Part shown: positions 10,659 to 19,942 of the stretch, piece by piece
Position numbering within the stretch: the first letter of the stretch is position 1
Layout: each line of letters starts with the position of its first letter
From: Gemmatimonadaceae bacterium
Lineage (GTDB): Bacteria; Gemmatimonadota; Gemmatimonadetes; Gemmatimonadales; Gemmatimonadaceae
Direction of reading: 5' to 3'
NCBI GenBank assembly: GCA_045803545.1
Contig: JBJMOW010000005.1
Location: 320,001-384,000, forward strand
DNA length: 64,000 bases
Program-made: the position numbers and the translations under genes
Notes under the pieces: generated by a model
Told to the model about the DNA's origin: nothing
Database searches by the model: none
What the model saw: the letters and a program-made list of their open reading frames with translations, nothing else

Positions 10659-11804
10659 TTAAATGGTGTGTTCGCGAGCGACGCTATGATAGAGATCCAG
10701 CCACTGTTCCCCTGCAACCGACCAAGAATATTTCTTAGCTATCAACTCTCTACTTTTTGCGCCGCGCAGTTCCCTCTCGCTGCCACTCATCCCGCACACT
10801 CTTTCCAACGCCTCCGTCAGCGCCGCTACGTCGTTCCCTACCAGAATTCCTCCACCCTCCTCCCAATCGCTCAGGCCGGTTTCTGGAGTCGTGAGGGTGA
10901 ACGTTCCGCAGGCGGCTGCCTCTAAGTTCACCATCCCCATTACCTCTGAGCGTGACGGTACCGCCACGCACCAAGCTGACCGAAAAAACTTCCAGAGATC
11001 TTCGCCGCGCAGGGTGCCAATTCTCTGAATGTAGCGGTCTTTCGGCGCGTTTCGGATACGACTGTCAAGGGCAGATTGATACTTGCTAGACGTTTCTGGA
11101 CCGGCAAGAACGAGTCTCCATCCTTGCGCATTCTTTGCCCGATAGAACGCGTCGATAAGAGCGTCGATTCCTTTTATAGGGTGCATGCGCCCCACGAAAC
11201 CTAGAACCCGTTCACGTGAGACCTCGCCCGCCGCACTTAGTTGTGCGTCAATAAAGTCAAGGTCTACGGCGTTGGGAACGATTTTGATCGTGCACCCCGG
11301 AAAAAAGCGGGCAAGCGTCCTTCCCTCAAGCGGTGTGATGGCATGAATTACGTTTGCCTTAGAAAAAGCTCTCGCTCCGAGGGCGCGCCAGTAAAGCTTT
11401 TTTCTTAGTTCCTTCAACAGGCCGCGATCGGTCCAGTGGTACGGGTCGAGCATACCGTGAAACGTGGCTACGAATGGTATGCGCCATCTCGCCGCAACCT
11501 GCGCCCCGACTAGTTGCGGAGCAAGCCAAGCCCCATGCAGATGTAAAACGTCCGGTCTCCAGCGCTCGCACACCTCTTCAACGGTTCGAACAAGATCCGG
11601 ACTCCAGGCCCAACGCCTCGCTAACGAAGAAGACGTGAGATTTATTTGCATTGCACCACGCTCAGGCAATGCCTCCGATTCCCCCGTGGTAAGCAGGGCA
11701 TTCTCAACTCTGTGAGCCGTCAGCCATTGGATAAGATTATGGACGACGGTAGTTACTCCCCCAGCGGCGCGAGAGTGCGTCTCCGTGATGTGAAGGATCC
11801 TCAA
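10659..11804 (-). CDS. Glycosyltransferase family 4
   Basis: RILHITE...GGV, FHGMLDP, FVGRMHPIKG, SRSEVMGMVNLEAAACG. Start placed at TTG 11804; the ORF track extends to 11915, overlapping wcaF. Confidence 0.85.
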   Translation of the reverse strand: MRILHITETHSRAAGGVTTVVHNLIQWLTAHRVENALLTTGESEALPERGAMQINLTSSSLARRWAWSPDLVRTVEEVCERWRPDVLHLHGAWLAPQLVGAQVAARWRIPFVATFHGMLDPYHWTDRGLLKELRKKLYWRALGARAFSKANVIHAITPLEGRTLARFFPGCTIKIVPNAVDLDFIDAQLSAAGEVSRERVLGFVGRMHPIKGIDALIDAFYRAKNAQGWRLVLAGPETSSKYQSALDSRIRNAPKDRYIQRIGTLRGEDLWKFFRSAWCVAVPSRSEVMGMVNLEAAACGTFTLTTPETGLSDWEEGGGILVGNDVAALTEALERVCGMSGSERELRGAKSRELIAKKYSWSVAGEQWLDLYHSVAREHTI

Positions 11805-11854
11805 GTTGTTGCCTTGGGCACTCGCAGCATTAACGTGCCGAGTCGCGAGGGCAC

Positions 11855-12433
11855 CTACGGCGTTAAGCCAGGCTGCGTCCGCGGGGTCACCGCTTTGGCC
11901 GGGTTCCCATAGCAAATCATCGCCCCAGCCAGGTCTGCGAACACACTACTCCTTGCTCCCACGACGGCACCCCGCCCGATTCGGCAGCCAGGTCCCACGA
12001 AAACGTCGTTCGCGAGCCAAACCTCGTCCTCCACAACGATCGATCTCGCCACAATTGGAAACGAAAGGTCTCGGTAATCGTGTGAGCCCGCGCATAAGTA
12101 GACCCGATGTGCAATCGCCACATTAGCCCCGATATGAATATCACCGAGGTTATAAATCACCGTTTCGTCGCCCACCCACGAGTGGTCACCAATTCGTAAT
12201 TTCCATGGGTAAGTGATTCGCGCAGACGAGCGGATCAATGCGCCGCGTCCGACTTCGGCGCCGAAGAGACGAAGTAACCATCGCCGCCATCCATAAAGGA
12301 TTTGCGGAGACCAGCGGAATAAGGTGGCGTCTACGAGCCACCACATTTGGACAAGAAGCGCAGATTTCCCACGGAAGCCGGGTGGCACTCGAAAGCGTGA
12401 GAGATCTTGATGAATAGCCGCGGAACGCATCAC
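11855..12433 (-). CDS. wcaF: Colanic-acid-type acetyltransferase (WcaF, hexapeptide repeat)
   Basis: QDLSRFRVPPGFRGKSALLVQMWWLV...YPWKLRIGDHSWVGD...LCAGSHDY matches the WcaF pattern. Confidence 0.85.
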   Translation of the reverse strand: MMRSAAIHQDLSRFRVPPGFRGKSALLVQMWWLVDATLFRWSPQILYGWRRWLLRLFGAEVGRGALIRSSARITYPWKLRIGDHSWVGDETVIYNLGDIHIGANVAIAHRVYLCAGSHDYRDLSFPIVARSIVVEDEVWLANDVFVGPGCRIGRGAVVGARSSVFADLAGAMICYGNPAKAVTPRTQPGLTP

Positions 12434-13443
12434 CGGGTTTCGCGCTCAGTGGCGGAGCTTCTAAAATGAACTGCTGAGGAGCTCTGCGAGCGTAGCCACG
12501 TCACGGTTCGGCGCACCCCCTCCTCCATGGAATAGGGCAAACGACCGACAATGGCTTCAACTGGCGACAGATCATACACCATGTCGGTGAGGAGATTAGA
12601 AACTCGAAATGTAGTGACGGGGGGTTCCCAAATCCCGTTGGGCGGGATTAGGTCGCCAACGCGCCCCGCAAACTGAAGGACCCAACGTGGTGCTAATCTG
12701 ATTCGAGGTGCGCGAAAACATTCTTGGATCTTGTTAGCAAAGTCTCGTAACCCGAGGGGCGGATAGTCGGCGATGTAGAATGTCTTCGTCGCGGTTTCGT
12801 GTGACGGCGCCGAAAGAAGCTTCGCTAGCTGGTAAACAGAGTTGCCGACGTAGCCAAAAGACTTCCGAATGTCTGGGCCGCTCGGGTGGAAGTATTTACC
12901 AGCTCGGATAGTCAAGAAAAAGTCTTTGTAGGGTACGCCGAACCACTCGCCCCAAATGGAAGTTGGCCGAACGATTGTCCAGTGAAGCGCCGAACCCGAC
13001 TGGCGAACCAGTTCTTCGCCATCTGCCTTGCTCTGACCGTAGGCTGTGGTCGGTAGGTAATCCCTGTCGTGTTTAGGTTGGTAGCCAATCCGACAAACAA
13101 GCCGACTCGAAGCGAAAAAGATCCGCTCCACTTCCTTGTAGCGCGAAAAGACGTCTATAACGTTCGCAACACCCTCTGTATTCGCGCGATAATCTCCGAC
13201 CGTTTTCCCGTCCAGGTCAGTCCGTGCTGCGAAATGATATACGTGAGTAGGCTGGAACTCTTGAACATGACGATGCAAGTCGTTCACGTCGAGAATATCT
13301 CCGCGGCGCCAAACGCTTTCATGGAGCACGCAGCTCGGATGAGCGACATCCAAGCTAAGGACCTTATCGCCCTGATCGATGTGGTACTGAACGAGGTTCG
13401 TACCGAGGAATCCCGACCCTCCGGTAATCAAAATCCTTTTCAA
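12430..13443 (-). CDS. NAD-dependent epimerase/dehydratase
   Basis: ITGGSGFLG Rossmann motif and YGQSK catalytic YxxxK. Confidence 0.88.
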   Translation of the reverse strand: MKRILITGGSGFLGTNLVQYHIDQGDKVLSLDVAHPSCVLHESVWRRGDILDVNDLHRHVQEFQPTHVYHFAARTDLDGKTVGDYRANTEGVANVIDVFSRYKEVERIFFASSRLVCRIGYQPKHDRDYLPTTAYGQSKADGEELVRQSGSALHWTIVRPTSIWGEWFGVPYKDFFLTIRAGKYFHPSGPDIRKSFGYVGNSVYQLAKLLSAPSHETATKTFYIADYPPLGLRDFANKIQECFRAPRIRLAPRWVLQFAGRVGDLIPPNGIWEPPVTTFRVSNLLTDMVYDLSPVEAIVGRLPYSMEEGVRRTVTWLRSQSSSAVHFRSSATERETR

Positions 13444-13725
13444 GGAGCGCCTGGCACTGGAGACACGTGATCGAATATCATGGAGCCGCCCGAAAGGTAC
13501 GCAAACTCCCAGGTTGATCCTGGCGAGTCCGCCGAGTCAAATACCGCATAACTGGTCACTCGCCGCGCCGGTGATAGACAACGAATGACCAAATTCCGAA
13601 GTTCGTCAAAGTTCTAATCGACGGCCCTGAGAAAACAATCTCTGCTCGATTCCAAGACCACACCAAATAATGATCTCAGCACGGCGCGCCGGTCATCGCT
13701 GAGCAACGCTCCCGACGCGAGCGGC

Positions 13726-14931
13726 GTGGCAATTTCGGCAGGCGATAGCGGACTTGCCGGATCTCCGGCGCGCTGGTACCGACTGCTCGCGTTCCAGCGT
13801 GTAACATCTTCGGGTCGTTTTATGCCCGAGATAGATGGCCTGAGATTTGTCGCAATCCTAAGCGTCTACCTCTACCATCTGAGCGCATTTGTACTCGTCA
13901 AAGAAGTGGCACTTCGCAGCGCGAGCTCACGATCGATCGTCGCTCAGTTGCTGGGACAGGGTAATGTTGGCGTGGAACTTTTTTTCGTGATCAGCGGGTT
14001 CATACTCGCACTTCCGTTCGCGTCGCATTACTTGCGGGGTACCAAGCGAGTATTACTGAGGGCGTACTTTCTCAGGCGGCTAACGCGTCTCGAGCCGCCG
14101 TACATTTTGAGTATGTTGATTTTTTTCCTCCTCCTAGTCGCCTATGTGGGAAAATCAGCTGCGGCACTCCTTCCGAACCTATTGGCAAGTCTCAGTTACA
14201 CCCACAATCTGATCTACGGAACCCACAGTACAATCAACACTGTCGCGTGGTCACTCGAAATAGAGGTCCAGTTCTACGCCTTAGTTCCGATCCTCGCGCG
14301 GGTCTTTAGCATCCGTAATGACGCGAAACGTCGCGCGAGCATCGCCGTTGCGATTGCGCTATCGATGTTTGTTCAGACGGTATTTAACGCGCCCGCAGAG
14401 TCGCGCTTTAATCTTTGCATTTTGAATTTTCTGCAATACTTCCTTTGCGGGTTTCTGTTGGCCGACTTCTACATTGTTGATTGGCAATCGGCCCCGACTG
14501 TCGCGCCGAGGTGGGACGTAGTTTCGCTCTTGGGCTGGCCCCTCGTTCCGATGATCTGGATGCACGCACAAACTTCACGTTGGCTACTCGGTCCAGTCAC
14601 ACTTGTGTTGTATTGCGCGGCATTCAAGGGGCGGTTTAGCCGAAAATTCTTCTCGGCGACTTGGATTACCTCAATTGGGGGTATGTGTTATACGATCTAT
14701 CTGCTCCACTTCCAGCTGATTTCGTTTGTTGGTCGACATACGATTGGTCTCACAACTTCAAATAGTTTTGCTGCTACGTTCGCGTGGCAGTTCATCATGA
14801 TCACGCCGTTTGTTCTGGGCGCTTGTTCAGTCTACTTTCTCGCTATTGAAAGACCGTGTATGCGGCCGGACTGGCCGGCGCGGCTAATGCGAAAAATCGC
14901 GGGCGGTGAGCCAGGAGCCAGAGTGGTTTAA
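13726..14931 (+). CDS. Membrane acyltransferase (Acyl_transf_3, OafA-like)
   Basis: IDGLRFVA, GVELFFVISGF, RRLTRLEPPY, WSLEIEVQFY, YTIYLLH, IERP. Confidence 0.9.
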   Translation: MAISAGDSGLAGSPARWYRLLAFQRVTSSGRFMPEIDGLRFVAILSVYLYHLSAFVLVKEVALRSASSRSIVAQLLGQGNVGVELFFVISGFILALPFASHYLRGTKRVLLRAYFLRRLTRLEPPYILSMLIFFLLLVAYVGKSAAALLPNLLASLSYTHNLIYGTHSTINTVAWSLEIEVQFYALVPILARVFSIRNDAKRRASIAVAIALSMFVQTVFNAPAESRFNLCILNFLQYFLCGFLLADFYIVDWQSAPTVAPRWDVVSLLGWPLVPMIWMHAQTSRWLLGPVTLVLYCAAFKGRFSRKFFSATWITSIGGMCYTIYLLHFQLISFVGRHTIGLTTSNSFAATFAWQFIMITPFVLGACSVYFLAIERPCMRPDWPARLMRKIAGGEPGARVV

Positions 14932-15042
14932 CGTGACGCCAGAGCTTACACGCCCGAGAACTGAGAAAATCGTTGCGCCCCGAACGCGTTCAGCTACATT
15001 GTCTGCCTTCCCTACAGATGGTCCCGTGGCGCGCAGTCTTAT

Positions 15043-15891
15043 ATGAAGTTTCCCTTCCGTTCGAAGCGTTCGGCCTTTCTTGCGATCCCGTTTCTTTTTG
15101 GCCCGCTCGCCCGCGCCCAGCGTGTCGACAGCATTCGCGACAGCTACATCATAGCGCTGCCATCGGATGCTCAGCGTACTCTTCCGTACATTCCGATCTC
15201 CCCTGGATCTAGCACCGGAACTCCAACCGCGTACGGCGCGGACTGGGGCGATGTATTCGTCGGCGCCGGCTTCCAGGCACGCATGCGCTACGTCAGCGAT
15301 ACTCTTCCCCTCCGCAGGAAAGCGGACGGCGCGGCAGATATTGGGTTCGGCCTCGGTAACTCGGAGAGTGCGATCGGCATCGAGGTGAACTTCACCTCGT
15401 TCTCCACCGTGCGTTCGGGATTCTTTCACCACTCGACTCTCAGCTTCAAAGTCCACCGCGACTTGCCGTGGAATATGGCGATCGCGTATGGATGGGAAGA
15501 CGCGATTCGTACAAAAGGTACCGACGGCTGGACGAGCATGTACGGCGTACTGACGGGTGCAATACCGTTGCGCAGCGACCCTTACGCAGCGTTTAGCACG
15601 CTGACCGTATCGGCCGGCGCTGGCAACGGAAGGTTCCAGCGAGAGAAAGCTTTCTACGCTCGGGAAAACCATCTCAACCCGTTTGGCAGCGTGGGTTTAT
15701 ACGTCGTTCCAGAGATCTCGCTCATCGCGGATTGGACCGGGCAGGATTTGATGCTCGGAGCGTCGCTGGTTCCCTTCCCTCGCATCCCGTTTTTCATCAC
15801 CCCCTCCTTTGCCGATGTCACCGGATCCGCCGGCGATGGCGCGCGGTTCGTGATCGGAGTGGGTCTTGACTTTAATTTCGCTAAGCACTAA
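15043..15891 (+). CDS. Putative outer-membrane beta-barrel protein (copy A)
   Basis: Signal peptide (…LARA/Q), alternating amphipathic Gly/aromatic strands, C-terminal FVIGVGLDFNF. Paralog of 18410..19231. Confidence 0.6.
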   Translation: MKFPFRSKRSAFLAIPFLFGPLARAQRVDSIRDSYIIALPSDAQRTLPYIPISPGSSTGTPTAYGADWGDVFVGAGFQARMRYVSDTLPLRRKADGAADIGFGLGNSESAIGIEVNFTSFSTVRSGFFHHSTLSFKVHRDLPWNMAIAYGWEDAIRTKGTDGWTSMYGVLTGAIPLRSDPYAAFSTLTVSAGAGNGRFQREKAFYARENHLNPFGSVGLYVVPEISLIADWTGQDLMLGASLVPFPRIPFFITPSFADVTGSAGDGARFVIGVGLDFNFAKH

Positions 15892-15919
15892 GAATGTTTT
15901 CCCTTCGGAGGATCTCCAG

Positions 15920-16510
15920 ATGAAAATGAAGTTGTCAGTCGCGGTGTGCACAGCCTCGCTGTTCATCGCCTTGCCACTGTTCGCACAAGGCCAAAGCGGG
16001 CAGCCGCATGGCAACAACTCGGACCACTCGGGTCACGACAATGACGGCAAGAGTGCCGCACACCGCCAGGATGCTCCGCACGGATTCGGTGGCAACGTCG
16101 TGCTGTCCACGCCGGCGCAGGCCGCCGCAGTCGGTGGCGTGTTGACCACCGTCAGATCACAGCTCGCATCAGCATCATTCCGCGCATCGGCAGGACCTGC
16201 GATTCCAGCCGCGGCCCAATCGAATCTCAACTCGGTCATCGAGTCCGATGACGCGAAGTCGCCCGCAGCAACCGCATTGGCCGCGAAGCTTTTCACTGCC
16301 GGGCCGAAAGCCAGCCGAATCGTTCCCGATCTGTTGAAGGGATTCTCTGCGCTTCGTACAGATCCAGCGGTTCTGCCCTCGGTGGTCTCCCGCTTTAATG
16401 ACTTCACCAACGTCGCTTCTCCGGGCTTCATCACCAGCCCGCCGTCAGAATTCCTTGCTATGCGTGCTGTGCTCGCACAGCTAACCGCGGCGGCCGCCAG
16501 CGCGAAGTAG
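15920..16510 (+). CDS. Secreted hypothetical protein, His/Asp/Gly-rich N-terminus (partner A)
   Basis: GGAG SD before ATG 15920, signal peptide …LPLFA/Q. C-terminal FNDFTNVASPGFITSPPSEFLAMRAVL is shared with 19244..19897. Confidence 0.65.
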   Translation: MKMKLSVAVCTASLFIALPLFAQGQSGQPHGNNSDHSGHDNDGKSAAHRQDAPHGFGGNVVLSTPAQAAAVGGVLTTVRSQLASASFRASAGPAIPAAAQSNLNSVIESDDAKSPAATALAAKLFTAGPKASRIVPDLLKGFSALRTDPAVLPSVVSRFNDFTNVASPGFITSPPSEFLAMRAVLAQLTAAAASAK

Positions 16511-16533
16511 CTTCCGCCACGGTCTAAAAATCC

Positions 16534-16565
16534 AAAAGCCTCGCGAGAAATCGCGAGGCTTTTTT
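16534..16565 (+). terminator. Rho-independent terminator
   Basis: AAAAGCCTCGCGA-GAAA-TCGCGAGGCTTTTTT hairpin with U-tract just after the stop at 16510. Confidence 0.85.
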
Positions 16566-16777
16566 GCATCCGCATCGAAGTTCTGTACGAAAGCAGACCG
16601 AACTGGATCGCTTCCACGCGTAAAGAATTTTTCGTCTTGCGGCGATTCAAAACACACGTATTATGACCGACCGCTGCCGCATCTACGCACTGTGAGGGCA
16701 GTTCAACTACCCGTTGCGAGTCTGCAACACTTTCCATCGGTTCGAGTGCGTAAGTAGCGTCAAAGAGAGAGTTTAGC

Positions 16778-18376
16778 GTGGGCAGCGTATTGCGTGGCGA
16801 CGACGGCGTGACAATGCCACAGCCGGTCGTCAAAAATCGGAGACTAAGGTTCTCCACCCCGGTGAACGGGCCCGTCAAGTTCGGGCACGAGGCGCCGGCC
16901 ATCGGCACGACGAGCCCCTGGGCCCGGCCCACACCCCTCATCATCCAGGGTCGCGCACGCGCCGTCGAACGCGCGCGGATCGCCGAGACCGCTACCCGCA
17001 TCGCGGTGCTCCTAGTCGTCGATCTGCTCATTCTCTTCCTCGCGCACGCTGTCGTCGATGCCGCGCGCGCGTCGACCGCATTCGGCGGGGGTCTGGCGGT
17101 GTTTCTACTGGACCTTATCCCTCGCGGCAGTTTCCCGCGCGTCGAGGTCCTAACCGCGGTCGTCATCGGCCTCACGATTTTCGGCAACTATCGCGGCAAG
17201 TCCGCCTGGCATAACGCAATCAATCTCCTCGCCGGAGTCAGTCTCGGACTGTCTCTGGTGTTCTGGAGTCGCATCTGGACCGACATAACCCTCGCGAGAG
17301 TGCTCGGCTATCTGGTGGTTCTCGCCGCCGTCGCCGTCGCTCTTTCGAGCGGTCGGTACATTTTGTTCAAGCTGGTCGAGCGAGTCCGTCCAACACCGCT
17401 CAAAGTCTCGCGCGCGGTCATTCTTGGATCCCGCCGGCGCGCCGAGGGGCTCCAGCGCTCCGAAGGTGTTCGCCTCAATCCGCACCTCGAGGTTGCCGGC
17501 TACGTCACGCTCGACGGCAACGTCAGCGACGGGTCGCTCGGCTCGCTGTCTGACCTCGTGTGGATTCTCGAGCGTCACGATGTAGACAGCATCATCCTCG
17601 CCGATCATCTCGACGACGATGCGCTGTTCGATGTCCTCGCGGTTGGTGAGCGTACCGGCTGCGAGGTCCTTCTCGACGCACCGATGTTCCCGCTCGGCGG
17701 CTTCGTGCCGCGTATCGTCACGCGCGGCAACATTCCCTACATCACCATCACCAGGCCGAGCCTTCGGTTGCGGCAGCTGGTCTCGAAGCGCGCTTTCGAC
17801 GTTGTCTGCGCATCACTGCTGCTCGTAACGCTGGCACCGGTATTCGCCGTCATTGCGCTGGTTGTACGGCTGACGTCGAAGGGACCGGCATTTTTCCGTC
17901 AGGCTCGCGTCGGCTACGGCGGCAAGCCGTTCCACATGTACAAGTTCCGCAGCATGGTCAACAACGCGGAATCCCTCAAGGCGACGCTACAGACCCAAAG
18001 CATTTACAGCGACGCGAGGCTGTTCAAGATTCCGAACGATCCACGCATCACTCCGGTCGGACGCTTCCTGCGCCGGTCCAGTCTCGACGAGCTTCCGCAG
18101 TTGTGGAACGTATTGATGGGCGACATGTCGCTCGTTGGTCCGCGGCCGCCACTCGCCAGCGAAGTCGATACCTACGAAGAGCACAACTACACCCGCTTCG
18201 ACATGAAGCCCGGCATCACCGGGCCATGGCAAGTGGCGGGACGCAATCGAATCACCAGCTTCGACGAAGTCGTCGCGCTGGAGACGAATTATTTGACCGA
18301 CTGGTCGCTGATCAAGGACTTCTCGATCCTGATGAAAACCGTTCCCACTGTGCTCAGCATGAGCGGCGCAGTCTAG
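16778..18376 (+). CDS. Priming polyprenyl glycosylphosphotransferase (WcaJ/ExoY/WbaP-like sugar transferase)
   Basis: [67 protein letters not shown]. Confidence 0.93.
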   Translation: MGSVLRGDDGVTMPQPVVKNRRLRFSTPVNGPVKFGHEAPAIGTTSPWARPTPLIIQGRARAVERARIAETATRIAVLLVVDLLILFLAHAVVDAARASTAFGGGLAVFLLDLIPRGSFPRVEVLTAVVIGLTIFGNYRGKSAWHNAINLLAGVSLGLSLVFWSRIWTDITLARVLGYLVVLAAVAVALSSGRYILFKLVERVRPTPLKVSRAVILGSRRRAEGLQRSEGVRLNPHLEVAGYVTLDGNVSDGSLGSLSDLVWILERHDVDSIILADHLDDDALFDVLAVGERTGCEVLLDAPMFPLGGFVPRIVTRGNIPYITITRPSLRLRQLVSKRAFDVVCASLLLVTLAPVFAVIALVVRLTSKGPAFFRQARVGYGGKPFHMYKFRSMVNNAESLKATLQTQSIYSDARLFKIPNDPRITPVGRFLRRSSLDELPQLWNVLMGDMSLVGPRPPLASEVDTYEEHNYTRFDMKPGITGPWQVAGRNRITSFDEVVALETNYLTDWSLIKDFSILMKTVPTVLSMSGAV

Positions 18377-18409
18377 AGACATTCTTTCCCGATTGAGATC
18401 GGAGGCAGC

Positions 18410-19231
18410 ATGGCAGTATCGGCTCGCAAATATTCGCTCGTCCTCGCCGGCGCTTTGATTGTCGCCGGCAACGCCGGCGCACAGAACCCGGACAGCCTGC
18501 GAAATCTCTACACGCTTCCGGTTCCCGTTCTGGCGCCGCAGCACTCACCAGTGCGGGCGTCGCCCGGTACGAGCGTGCAATCGCCGACGGCCTTCGGTGC
18601 CGACTGGGGCCAGGGGTACGTCGGGGCGGGCTATACATCGCGCATGCGTTATATCCACGGCGCAAATCAGATGGATGGCGCGGTGCTGGCGGCGTTCGGA
18701 TTCGGCAGTGCGACGAAGTATGTCGGTCTCGAGGCGACGGTGACTTCGTTCTCGACAGTGCGCTCCGGCTTCGGTAACCACAGCTCGGTGAGTTTCAAGG
18801 TTCATCGAGAGTTCCCCAGCAACTTCGCGCTCGCGGCAGGCTGGGAGGACGCGATCAGAACGGGCGGCACTGACGGCGGCACCAGCGGCTACGTCGTTGC
18901 GAGCAAGTGGTACAAGCGGCTCACTGCATCTGCAGGTATTGGCGGCGGACGCTTCAAGACCGAGACTGCGCTCGCCGAGGACAGAAAGACCTTGAACGCG
19001 TTCGGCAGCCTGGCCTTCCAGGTCGCCAGCCCGATCTCGCTCATCACCGATTGGTCGGGACAGGATCTCGGCATTGGTGCTTCGCTCGTTCCGCTAAAGA
19101 GTATTCCTCTCTACATCGAGCCTGCGTTCGTCGACCTCACCGGTTCTGCAGGTGATGGCGCGCGCTTCGTGCTCGGTGTCGGATTTGGTTTCAGGTACAG
19201 TCAGCTCGCGTCACTCTTCGGATCCCACTAA
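18410..19231 (+). CDS. Putative outer-membrane beta-barrel protein (copy B)
   Basis: Signal peptide. SPGTSVQSPTAFGADWG, TSFSTVRSGF, DWSGQDL and DLTGSAGDGARFVLGVG are near-identical to copy A. Confidence 0.6.
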   Translation: MAVSARKYSLVLAGALIVAGNAGAQNPDSLRNLYTLPVPVLAPQHSPVRASPGTSVQSPTAFGADWGQGYVGAGYTSRMRYIHGANQMDGAVLAAFGFGSATKYVGLEATVTSFSTVRSGFGNHSSVSFKVHREFPSNFALAAGWEDAIRTGGTDGGTSGYVVASKWYKRLTASAGIGGGRFKTETALAEDRKTLNAFGSLAFQVASPISLITDWSGQDLGIGASLVPLKSIPLYIEPAFVDLTGSAGDGARFVLGVGFGFRYSQLASLFGSH

Positions 19232-19243
19232 CCGGGTACGGCC

Positions 19244-19897
19244 ATGAAAATCAAAGCGTATGCACTGCTCTGCGCCCTCGGTCTGTTCGCCTCGGCTCCC
19301 GTCTACGCGCAAGGCAACGGGCATCACTACGGTAAAGGTCACGGCAAGGGGAATCCTCATTCCGACAAGCAGGGCCACGACAACAACGGCTCTGACAAGC
19401 ACGATCGCGACGGTGACGATGACGACGATCGTTCCGAGCGTCGCTTCGGCTTGCTGAAGACCCGCGTGAATGATGTTGTCGCGGCGCTGTCGATCGGCAC
19501 CTTCACGCTGGCTGACGGCGCGCCGGTTCCGCTCATCGCGCAGGGCAAGCTCTACGTGGTGATGACCAATGCAATGACCGCCGCGGAGATGCCGCCCGCC
19601 CTCGGCACGCTCGCATCGACTGGTGCAGCGGTGTCGTTGGACTCACCCGATGCGACAGCGGCGAGTGTAGCGCGCTTCGTGGCGTCGTTCGCCGACGCCG
19701 GGGCCCCGTCGCAGGTCAGCTTCAACTTGCTTACCCAGGATCTCGCCGGCCTTGCCTTCAATCCGCGGCAGGTGCCGAAAGTGGTCGCCGATTTCAATGA
19801 GTTCGTAAAGACGGCGTCACCAGCGTTCCTTGCCAATCCACCCGCCGAGTTTCTCGCGTTGCACGCGGTGCTTGGGAGGTTTGTTAAGGGGATGTAG
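19244..19897 (+). CDS. Secreted hypothetical protein, His/Asp/Lys-rich N-terminus (partner B)
   Basis: Signal peptide …PVYA/Q, then GNGHHYGKGHGKGNPHSDKQGHD...DDDDD. C-terminal FNEFVKTASPAFLANPPAEFLALHAVL. Confidence 0.65.
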   Translation: MKIKAYALLCALGLFASAPVYAQGNGHHYGKGHGKGNPHSDKQGHDNNGSDKHDRDGDDDDDRSERRFGLLKTRVNDVVAALSIGTFTLADGAPVPLIAQGKLYVVMTNAMTAAEMPPALGTLASTGAAVSLDSPDATAASVARFVASFADAGAPSQVSFNLLTQDLAGLAFNPRQVPKVVADFNEFVKTASPAFLANPPAEFLALHAVLGRFVKGM

Positions 19898-19935
19898 GCG
19901 GGAGGCGGGAAGCGGGAAGCGGGAAGCGGGAAGCG
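19898..19935 (+). repeat. (GCGGGAR)5 heptamer tandem repeat
   Basis: gcgggag-gcgggaa x4, between convergent stop codons. Confidence 0.95.
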
Positions 19936-19942
19936 CGGGCGA

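Noticed and set aside
16033..17187. 384-aa minus-strand ORF
   Set aside because: Overlaps two better-supported plus-strand genes and a terminator; no motifs.
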